The notes under the pieces were generated by a model. It saw nothing but the letters and a program-made list of their open reading frames with translations. It was not told the DNA's origin and did not search any database. Below, piece by piece: positions 1 through 7,107 of a DNA stretch of 30,917 nucleotides (positions within the stretch are counted from its first letter, which is position 1; each line of letters begins with the position of its first letter). The DNA is from a virus (taxonomy: Duplodnaviria; Caudoviricetes), in IMG/VR virus record IMGVR_UViG_3300030330_002721, positions 1 through 30,917 of that record; one strand, 5' to 3'. Position numbers and translations under genes: made by a program.

Positions 1-531
1 AATCATGAACAATGTACAGCAGATTTATCTGAGCTGGACACTCGTAGAATGGACGTATTTGCAGGACTTGATGTTGGTTACAAAGACCCAACAGCTTTCT
101 GTGTTATTGCATATGATTGGGACGAGAAAAAGTACTATGTATTAGATGAATACTTAGATGCAGAAAGAACTACAGAACAACACGCAATACAAATACAAAA
201 GTTAATAGAAAAATATGATATAGATTATATTTATATTGATTCTGCCGCTCAACAAACAAGATATGACTTTGCACAAAACTATGACATTAGTACTATAAAT
301 GCAAAGAAGTCTGTACTTGACGGAATAGGTCATGTAGCTGGTATAGTAGATAATGATTCTCTTATAGTAAATCAAACTTGTAAGCATGTCACTACATCAC
401 TAGACCAATATCAATGGGACCCAAACCCAAATCTTATGAAAGAAAGACCAAAACATGATATGTCATCTCACATGGCAGATGCTCTACGATATGCGTTATA
501 TTCATTTGAAACTAGTGTCACCTCGTTCTAG
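1..531 (+). CDS. terL: Terminase large subunit, C-terminal RNase H-like nuclease domain (5' partial)
   Basis: Frame is open from base 1 (NHEQCTADL...). Motifs GLDVGYKDPTA, YIDSAA and HDMSSHMADALRYA. Lies upstream of the HNH and portal genes. Confidence 0.95.
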   Translation, partial: NHEQCTADLSELDTRRMDVFAGLDVGYKDPTAFCVIAYDWDEKKYYVLDEYLDAERTTEQHAIQIQKLIEKYDIDYIYIDSAAQQTRYDFAQNYDISTINAKKSVLDGIGHVAGIVDNDSLIVNQTCKHVTTSLDQYQWDPNPNLMKERPKHDMSSHMADALRYALYSFETSVTSF

Positions 532-542
532 ATGTACCTGTT

Positions 543-583
543 AAAAATTGTACTTGACATGTGGTGTGCCTTTTTGGTATAAT
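543..583 (+). promoter_or_regulatory. Sigma70-type promoter P1 (probably late)
   Basis: TTGACA 554-559, 18-bp spacer, extended -10 TGgTATAAT (TATAAT 578-583), A-tract upstream. Near-twin at 22525-22565. Confidence 0.85.
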
Positions 584-602
584 TCTAATTAAGAGTAGAA
601 AT

Positions 603-977
603 ATGAATTTAAAAAGAGATTTAGTTAAATATGTAAGAGATAAAGCTAAGTCACGATATAAAAAAGCAAGTGCTTGTTACATTTGTGGCAGTACTGAACA
701 GTTAGATTTTCATCATTTTTATGGACTCACCGAATTACTAGAAACTTGGTTAAAAGAGAAGAATATAATTATTGAGACTGAACAAGACATACTAGAACTT
801 CGTGAATCCTTTATTGATGAAAATTTTGATAAATTATATGATTATACTGTAACTCTGTGTCACAATCATCATCTGAGACTTCACTCAATATATGGAAAGC
901 GACCCAAACTGATAACAGCAGAGAAACAAAAGAATTGGGTCCAGATACAGAGAGATAAAAAATATGGCATGGTATGA
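603..977 (+). CDS. HNH-type nicking endonuclease (T5-like position between terL and portal)
   Basis: CYIC...LDFHH...TLCHNHHLRLH Zn/HNH motifs. Start moved to ATG 603 because the ORF-track GTG at 561 lies inside promoter P1. Confidence 0.85.
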   Translation: MNLKRDLVKYVRDKAKSRYKKASACYICGSTEQLDFHHFYGLTELLETWLKEKNIIIETEQDILELRESFIDENFDKLYDYTVTLCHNHHLRLHSIYGKRPKLITAEKQKNWVQIQRDKKYGMV

Positions 978-2160
978 TAGATTTTTAGGAGTACAAAGAG
1001 AGGAAAAACTAAACCCATCTCAGTTTGTAATTTCTAGAAATGAAGGAATGACTGTTGATTCTTTAGAACCAACAATAAGCTATAAAAATGCTTACGAACA
1101 ACTAGAAATTGTAAACCGTGCTGTCAACATGATAGTTGACGATGTAGCAGAAATACCATATACAATAGGACAGCAAAACCCAGTAACTAATAATATAGTA
1201 AAAAATATTAGAAGGTCAAAAGTAGACTTATTAATAAACAGAGAACCAAATCCATTTCAAGATGTAAGCACTTTTAAAAGAAACTTAATTATTGATTTGA
1301 TGATTGATGGTAATATATTTATATATTATGATGGTGCTCATTTGTATCACTTACCAGCAGATAAAATGACAATCTATAGTGATACTGATACATACATTGA
1401 AAAGTATGAGTTTGATAATAGTATTGAGTATAGTACAAACGAGATTATACACATAAAAGAAAATAGTTTCAAATCAATATACAGAGGAGTTCCAAGACTG
1501 AAACCAGCACTTAGAACAATGCAACTTCTTATCAATATGAGAAACTTTCAAGATAACTTTTTCAAGAATGGAGCAGTCCCAGGTTTAGTACTAAAGAGTC
1601 CCAATACTTTATCTGAAAAAATTAAAGAAAGAATGTTACAAGCATGGATTTCACGATACAATCCAAACACAGGAGGCAGAAGACCTCTATTTTTAGATGG
1701 TGGATTAGAAGTTGAAAACTTAACAGAAGTAAACTTTAGAAACTTAGATTTCCAAGATGGAATCAAAGCAAATGAAAAAATTATACTAGAAGCTATGGGA
1801 ATACCGCCAGTACTAATGGACGGTGGCAATAATGCAAATATAAGACCTAACCATAGATTATACTACTTAGAAACTATACTACCTATCGTAAGAAAGTTAG
1901 GAACAGCAATAGAAAGATTTTTTGGATTCGGGGTAGTTGAAGATGTTACAGGAATACCTGCACTTCAACCAGAATTAAGAGACCAAGCAGCTTACTATGC
2001 TACACTTGTAAATACAGGAATAATGAGTCCAAATGAAGCAAGAGAAGCATTGGGCAAGGAACCAGTAGAAGGATTTGATGAGCCAAGAGTACCAGCGAAT
2101 ATAGCAGGCTCTGCCGCAAATCCAGAAGAAGGTGGCAGACCACCAGTAGAGGAAGAATAA
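964..2160 (+). CDS. Portal protein (HK97 family, T5 pb7-like)
   Basis: EIVNRAVNMIVD, PNPFQ, DGNIFIY, FFKNGAVPGLVL and GIMSPNEAR motifs; 398 aa; N-terminal EKLNP as recalled for T5 pb7. Confidence 0.95.
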   Translation: MAWYDRFLGVQREEKLNPSQFVISRNEGMTVDSLEPTISYKNAYEQLEIVNRAVNMIVDDVAEIPYTIGQQNPVTNNIVKNIRRSKVDLLINREPNPFQDVSTFKRNLIIDLMIDGNIFIYYDGAHLYHLPADKMTIYSDTDTYIEKYEFDNSIEYSTNEIIHIKENSFKSIYRGVPRLKPALRTMQLLINMRNFQDNFFKNGAVPGLVLKSPNTLSEKIKERMLQAWISRYNPNTGGRRPLFLDGGLEVENLTEVNFRNLDFQDGIKANEKIILEAMGIPPVLMDGGNNANIRPNHRLYYLETILPIVRKLGTAIERFFGFGVVEDVTGIPALQPELRDQAAYYATLVNTGIMSPNEAREALGKEPVEGFDEPRVPANIAGSAANPEEGGRPPVEEE

Positions 2161-2420
2161 TGACAAAAAAATCAAAAGCCTTAAAAATTATAGCAGAATA
2201 TATGGCAAAGAAAGGAAAAGTTCTTACACTAGCCGAATATAATGCTGAAGCAGATAAGCCTATTAGAACACCAATACTAAAAAGAACATTTGGTGGCTCT
2301 TGGGCAAGAATGGAACAAATGTTAGAACACAATTATCCAGAACTATATGTGCCTACACCAGCACCAGCACCTAAAAAGACAGTTGCAAAAGCTAAAGTAG
2401 GGAAGAAAGATGGCAAATAA
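2160..2420 (+). CDS. Small basic protein at the capsid-decoration locus (T5 pb10 position)
   Basis: TAATG-coupled to portal. Helical N-terminal part, Pro-rich linker VPTPAPAPK and Lys-rich tail. Function inferred from synteny only. Confidence 0.55.
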   Translation: MTKKSKALKIIAEYMAKKGKVLTLAEYNAEADKPIRTPILKRTFGGSWARMEQMLEHNYPELYVPTPAPAPKKTVAKAKVGKKDGK

Positions 2421-4473
2421 AATATATCATTGGACTAGTAATTTTAAAACTCTAGGAGAGTCAGAAGACGGTGGGGTAGAAATTAAAGGTTCAGCAAGTA
2501 CAAACGCACTAGATAGAGCAGGAGATATAATCAACACAGATGCATGGACAAAAGGAGGATTAGATAACTTTAAAAATAATCCTATTATTTTATTCAATCA
2601 TGATTATAACAAGCCTATTGGTAGAGCAAAAGATTTACAAGTTACTGACAACGGTTTAGAGATATCAGCAAAGATATCCAAAGCTGCAGGTGAAGTAACT
2701 CAATTAATTAAAGACGGTGTCCTTGGGGCTTTTTCTGTTGGTTTCAAAGTCAAGGACGCTGATTACATGACAGAAACCGACGGATATAAAATAAAGGACG
2801 CAGAGCTTTTTGAAGTATCTGTAGTATCAGTGCCTTGCAATCAAAATGCAACTTTTGGTTTAGCAAAATCATTTGATAGTATGGAAGACTACAATAAGTA
2901 TAAGCACACTTTTTATTCGGCTAACTTAAACGATTCAGCAGACGCTGTTGAAGTTGAGCAGCCAAGTCAGGCGCAAGCCAAAGAAATGGAGACAAATATG
3001 TCAGAAAATAAACAATCTCCTGAGAGCAAACCTGAGTTTGACATTGAGTCATATGCTAAAGAAGCAGCTGAAAAAGCTGTAGCTTCTTATGCTATGAAGC
3101 AAGCCGAACAGAAGGCTGCTGAACAGAAGGCTGCTGAAGAAGCTGCTGAGCAGGCTGCTAAAGAAGCTGAAGTTCAAAAAGCCCATGAGGAAGCAAAACA
3201 GGAAGAGCAAAAAACCATAGTCCAAGCAGGACTATCTGGTGCTGAAAAGCTAATGTCAGATGTTGAGACACGAGTAAATGAAAAGCATGAAGATTTAGAG
3301 AAAGTTGTAAAAGAACTTGAATCTCAGTTATCTGAGAAGTCTGAAGAAATCATGAATATTCGTGAGTCAAAAAGAATGTTCACAGACAGAGGCAACGGCA
3401 ACTGGAAAAAAGACTTTGAAAATGATGTTCTTGATGCAAAATTCTTAGGATTAGCAACAGGTAAAGGATATGACACAGACTACGGTAAGAGTGTTATGGA
3501 GAAAGTTAACGCACATTCAGGCGTTGGTGTATCTTCAGCAGACTTTGAGCAAGTTGTATCTACAAACATTGAAAGAGATATCCAGAATGAATTAGTATTA
3601 GCTCCTCTATTTAGAGAAATTACTATGACTTCTGCAAATCAAATTATACCAATCATGCCTGATGCAGGTTATGCAGAATTTACTTCTAACCAAACTGCTA
3701 GTGGTTCTTCACCACATGGTAACTTGGCCCAAAGAGGTGATGCATACAACCCTGGTTCAGCGGGTGGTATTGATTTAACAGAAAGAACTCTTTCTACTGT
3801 TAAACTCATTTCACAATCATTCTTAGGTAATGAAACAGAAGAAGATGCAATCATGCCAATCTTACCTCTCATCAGAGAATCAATGGTAAGATCTCATGCA
3901 AGAGCTATTGAAAACGCTATCTTAGCTGGTAACAACTCAGCTAATGGTGTATTCTCATCAGGTTCTTTTGAAGGTTTAATTCAAAAAGCCGCTCAAGATG
4001 ATAGTTCAGGTACACACGTAACTGCATCAACAACTGCATTTGCAAGTGAATCTTTAACTGCAGCTAACCTATTAGCTATGAGAAAGAAAATGGGTAAATA
4101 TGGTATAAATCCAGCTGAAGTACTTTACATTGTTAACCAACAAGAGTATTTCAACTTACTAAGCGATGCTGAGTTCCAAGACGCTAACCTAGTTGGCGAC
4201 ATGGCTACTAAGCTATCAGGTGAAATCGGACAAGTGTTCGGTACAAGAATTCTCGTTTGTGATGAATTCGCAACACCTGCAGTAAGTAAGGTTCATGCTG
4301 TAGCAGTATATCCAAGAAACTATGTAATGCCAAGATTAAGAGGTGTTACTATTGAATCAGACTACGAAGTAGCAAACCAAAGAAGAGTCCTTGTGGCTTC
4401 ACAAAGACTTGGTTTCGTTGATTTAATTGATGGAGCAACAACAGTTCACGCAAGAACTTATAAAGCTAGCTAA
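2410..4473 (+). CDS. Fused prohead protease + scaffold (delta) domain + HK97-fold major capsid protein
   Basis: Residues 1-155 carry HK97-type protease motifs (DRAGDII, ILFNHD, FSVGF, FEVSVVSVPCN). About 197-365 is an E/K/A-rich coiled coil. From EK/VNAHSGVGVSSADFEQ the sequence resembles mature T5 pb8. No stop between the parts. Confidence 0.93.
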   Translation: MANKIYHWTSNFKTLGESEDGGVEIKGSASTNALDRAGDIINTDAWTKGGLDNFKNNPIILFNHDYNKPIGRAKDLQVTDNGLEISAKISKAAGEVTQLIKDGVLGAFSVGFKVKDADYMTETDGYKIKDAELFEVSVVSVPCNQNATFGLAKSFDSMEDYNKYKHTFYSANLNDSADAVEVEQPSQAQAKEMETNMSENKQSPESKPEFDIESYAKEAAEKAVASYAMKQAEQKAAEQKAAEEAAEQAAKEAEVQKAHEEAKQEEQKTIVQAGLSGAEKLMSDVETRVNEKHEDLEKVVKELESQLSEKSEEIMNIRESKRMFTDRGNGNWKKDFENDVLDAKFLGLATGKGYDTDYGKSVMEKVNAHSGVGVSSADFEQVVSTNIERDIQNELVLAPLFREITMTSANQIIPIMPDAGYAEFTSNQTASGSSPHGNLAQRGDAYNPGSAGGIDLTERTLSTVKLISQSFLGNETEEDAIMPILPLIRESMVRSHARAIENAILAGNNSANGVFSSGSFEGLIQKAAQDDSSGTHVTASTTAFASESLTAANLLAMRKKMGKYGINPAEVLYIVNQQEYFNLLSDAEFQDANLVGDMATKLSGEIGQVFGTRILVCDEFATPAVSKVHAVAVYPRNYVMPRLRGVTIESDYEVANQRRVLVASQRLGFVDLIDGATTVHARTYKAS
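2919..2979 (+). promoter_or_regulatory. Predicted RNA structure inside the protease-capsid linker
   Basis: Irregular hairpin GGCU/AGCC, CUU/GAG, AAC/GUU, UUCAGCAG-ACG-CUGUUGAA (2919-2963), followed by a GGC-GCAA-GCC GNRA hairpin (2970-2979). Confidence 0.5.
2988..3000 (+). promoter_or_regulatory. Internal ribosome-binding site and in-frame ATG for a 491-aa capsid precursor
   Basis: GGAG 2988-2991, 6-nt spacer, ATG 2998 (codon 197), placed at the start of the scaffold region. Confidence 0.65.
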
Positions 4474-4492
4474 TATTAGCAATTAAGGTTTC

Positions 4493-4519
4493 GTGGGGCG
4501 ACCTAAAGCCCCACATTTT
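4493..4519 (+). terminator. Stem-loop after the capsid gene (weak intrinsic terminator or mRNA 3' stabiliser)
   Basis: GTGGGGC 4493-4499 pairs with GCCCCAC 4508-4514; followed by ATTTT. Confidence 0.65.
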
Positions 4520-4525
4520 AATACT

Positions 4526-5122
4526 ATGGCAGATTTAATAACAGTACAAGAATATAAAAATGCAGAAGGGATTCTTAATCAGAAGGACGACTCACGACTA
4601 GATATTATTGTACCACAAGTTAGTGATTTAGCCAAAAAATACTGTGGAACTTCATTTATAGACTTTTTTAGTTCTAGTAAAACGGAAGAGTTTTCTATAT
4701 TTGATAATGCGACACATACTTTAGTCGTAACAGAAAGTCCACTCGTTGCAGTTTCAAGTGTACAAGAAAGAACTACATATGCCGACGCTTATGAGACACT
4801 TTCAACTTCAGATTATGAATACTATGTAGATACTAACGCAGATGCAATAATTCGCACAGATAATAATGGAAGAAAGAAAGCGTTTCCACAAGGTGTAGCA
4901 AGTGTAAAGATTACTTACACCGCAGGATTCAGTGCAACACCAAGAGACTTAAAATTAGCACTCTTTGATTTAGTTACTTACTATCTCAAAGATGAACATA
5001 AAGAAAGAAGAACAATCGCAGGTGCGACTTTACAGAATCAAGGAACATCTGGAATAAGAAATAATACTGACTTTCCAGACCATATAAAAAGAGTACTTGA
5101 TTTATATAGAGTAATAATTTAA
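4526..5122 (+). CDS. Head completion / head-tail adaptor (T5 p144-like)
   Basis: LITVQEYK, KYCG, VKITYTAG, PRDLKLA and FPDHIKRVLDLYR motifs; follows the capsid gene. ATG 4526 preferred because GTG 4493 lies within the hairpin. Confidence 0.85.
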   Translation: MADLITVQEYKNAEGILNQKDDSRLDIIVPQVSDLAKKYCGTSFIDFFSSSKTEEFSIFDNATHTLVVTESPLVAVSSVQERTTYADAYETLSTSDYEYYVDTNADAIIRTDNNGRKKAFPQGVASVKITYTAGFSATPRDLKLALFDLVTYYLKDEHKERRTIAGATLQNQGTSGIRNNTDFPDHIKRVLDLYRVII

Positions 5123-6594
5123 TGTCTAAACAATTTAGAGATAAATTAGTTCAAGAAATAAAAGATAATGTTGCAGGTAGATTAGGTGGACACTACTTTG
5201 ACTATGTAACAGTAAAAGTAAAAAAAGATACATATGAAAAATTACTAGAAAAAAAGCTAGAGAAACAAATGGCTAAATCTAGTGAATTAAGTCAAATGAG
5301 TAAAATCCCTTTAACAGGAGACTGGAAAAAACTAGGCAATAAAGTTAAACAAGGATTGCCATCAGGACCAACCGGTCATGCTCATTATCAATTAATAAAG
5401 GGAACTAGAATTACTGATACTATGTGGACATTTGCTTTTAAACGCAGAGTAAACAAAACAGGAAACATAGAAAAAAGGTCAGTTGCAAAGATTAAAGAAC
5501 TAATGAAAGAACATTTAGAAAAAGTAGCTATAGAATATGTTCACGGAAAATCAGGCACAGGACAATTTGATAGTCAGTTATTTAGAAAAACCTCAATTAA
5601 TGACATAAAAGAGAGTCTTCAACAAGGCGATAGAATGAGAGGTGCACAGGGAACAAATGTTGACCAAGCAATAGGAAAAGCCATAGCAGAGTCAACTACA
5701 GAAGGCATAAATAGTTATGTAGAAGTTTTTGGCACTATCATACAATTCTATAAAGAATTATTTGATTATGATACTGATTTACATAGTGCTATATCAAAAG
5801 GACAGTTTAAAAAATCAATATTAATGCAGGGAGTACTAGATACTAAATTAGCTGCAGATAATAGAGCCGAGTATGACGAAGCTATTAGACAACATGCAAT
5901 AGAATTTTTAGAAGAAGCAGACGGAAAAATGGCTACTGAAATTTTCATGAGAATGAAAAAAGGTAAAAAGAATTTTGGTAAAGGAGTAGGTCCAAAGAAG
6001 TTTTTAAATTTATGGTCAGCAAGTCCTGACACTAGAGACCAAATAGATAAATTAGTAAAAGCAAATATTATTGGTGGTTTATTAAATTTTAAACATAATA
6101 TAAATCCAGACATGAGACTAAAAGTAAATAAAAAACTTTTAGCCGAAGGACAAAAAGTTATAGGGACAAAAAGTTCAAAAACAAAAGCAAAGAGAGGAAA
6201 AAAATCTTTTAATACTACTCATAAACGTTTTGGTTCAGTTGCAGGAGCAAGTGCAAAAGCAAAACAAAAACTAACACCAAAAGTTGGTATAGAGTTAAAA
6301 GAATTAATAAATAATATTCTCCCAGAAGCAGTGGCAGCAAAAATGCACCCACCAGCTTTACAATTTAGAACAGGTAGATTTGCAAATAGCGCTGAAGTTA
6401 CAAATGTAATGGTAGGTCCAAGAGGAGGTACTGAAATACAGTATACTTATCAAAGAGACCCATATGAAACTTTTGAACCAGGTAATAAACAAGGAAGTGT
6501 TCAAAGAGACCCACGTAAAATTATTGGTTCAACAGTTAGAGAAATCGCACAGCAAATGGTAGGACAAAAATTTATAAGAACTAGGAGAGTATAA
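5122..6594 (+). CDS. Tail completion / neck protein (T5 p143-like), enlarged
   Basis: C-terminal LQFRTGRFANS...YTYQRDPYETFEPG...RDPRKII segment typical of T5-like neck proteins; matching synteny; very basic. Confidence 0.7.
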   Translation: MSKQFRDKLVQEIKDNVAGRLGGHYFDYVTVKVKKDTYEKLLEKKLEKQMAKSSELSQMSKIPLTGDWKKLGNKVKQGLPSGPTGHAHYQLIKGTRITDTMWTFAFKRRVNKTGNIEKRSVAKIKELMKEHLEKVAIEYVHGKSGTGQFDSQLFRKTSINDIKESLQQGDRMRGAQGTNVDQAIGKAIAESTTEGINSYVEVFGTIIQFYKELFDYDTDLHSAISKGQFKKSILMQGVLDTKLAADNRAEYDEAIRQHAIEFLEEADGKMATEIFMRMKKGKKNFGKGVGPKKFLNLWSASPDTRDQIDKLVKANIIGGLLNFKHNINPDMRLKVNKKLLAEGQKVIGTKSSKTKAKRGKKSFNTTHKRFGSVAGASAKAKQKLTPKVGIELKELINNILPEAVAAKMHPPALQFRTGRFANSAEVTNVMVGPRGGTEIQYTYQRDPYETFEPGNKQGSVQRDPRKIIGSTVREIAQQMVGQKFIRTRRV

Positions 6595-7043
6595 TGGCAA
6601 ATAGAGATTTTACAACACGAAGAAGTGCCATTGTCAATGCCTATGTAGAAAAACTACTTGAAGTTGACGGAACAGGAAAGTTTAGAACAACAGTAGCAAG
6701 TGCAGAACCAAGACTTAAATTTTGGGACGAAGTAGTAGACTTTCCAGCAGTTCATGTAAACTCAGGAGCAGAAACTAGAGAATATCTCGGACAAGGCGAT
6801 AAATTTAGATTTTTAAGTCTTACTTTTCGTTGCTATGTAAAAGAAGAAGATTCAGTATTAGCACTTGAAGAATTAATGGAAGATGTAGAGACCATAATAG
6901 AAGATAACAATCCAATAACATATACAACTGGATTAGGAGTTTCTACAACAACAATACAAACAACAATAAACTCCATTGACACAGACGAAGGAGTTATGGA
7001 ACCATTTGGAATTGGTGAGATAATATGCACCGTCCAATATTAA
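6594..7043 (+). CDS. Tail tube terminator (T5 p142-like)
   Basis: 149 aa, acidic; LKFWDEVVDFP, ETREY and SIDTDEG motifs; directly upstream of the tail tube gene. Confidence 0.8.
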   Translation: MANRDFTTRRSAIVNAYVEKLLEVDGTGKFRTTVASAEPRLKFWDEVVDFPAVHVNSGAETREYLGQGDKFRFLSLTFRCYVKEEDSVLALEELMEDVETIIEDNNPITYTTGLGVSTTTIQTTINSIDTDEGVMEPFGIGEIICTVQY

Positions 7044-7086
7044 TGAAAACGGAAAATGCAGAGAAAACTCTAGCTGACCCTTTTCA
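7044..7086 (+). promoter_or_regulatory. Irregular RNA hairpin in the leader of the tail tube gene
   Basis: UGAAAA/UUUUCA, GG/CC, GC/GC and AGAG-AAAA-CUCU pairings; SD AGGAG 7097-7101 left unpaired before ATG 7108. Confidence 0.5.
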
Positions 7087-7107
7087 AAGCAAAAATAGGA
7101 GAATGTA

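Noticed and set aside
561-602. GTG start for the HNH gene
   Set aside because: It lies inside promoter P1, upstream of the expected transcription start; ATG 603 fits better.
4493-4525. GTG start for the head completion gene
   Set aside because: It lies in the hairpin stem; the conserved-looking sequence begins at ATG 4526.
7050-7090. Resemblance of GGAAAA...GAC...CAAAGC to part of a c-di-GMP-I riboswitch
   Set aside because: There is no second hairpin or tetraloop receptor and no space for one before the SD; kept only as an unnamed hairpin.
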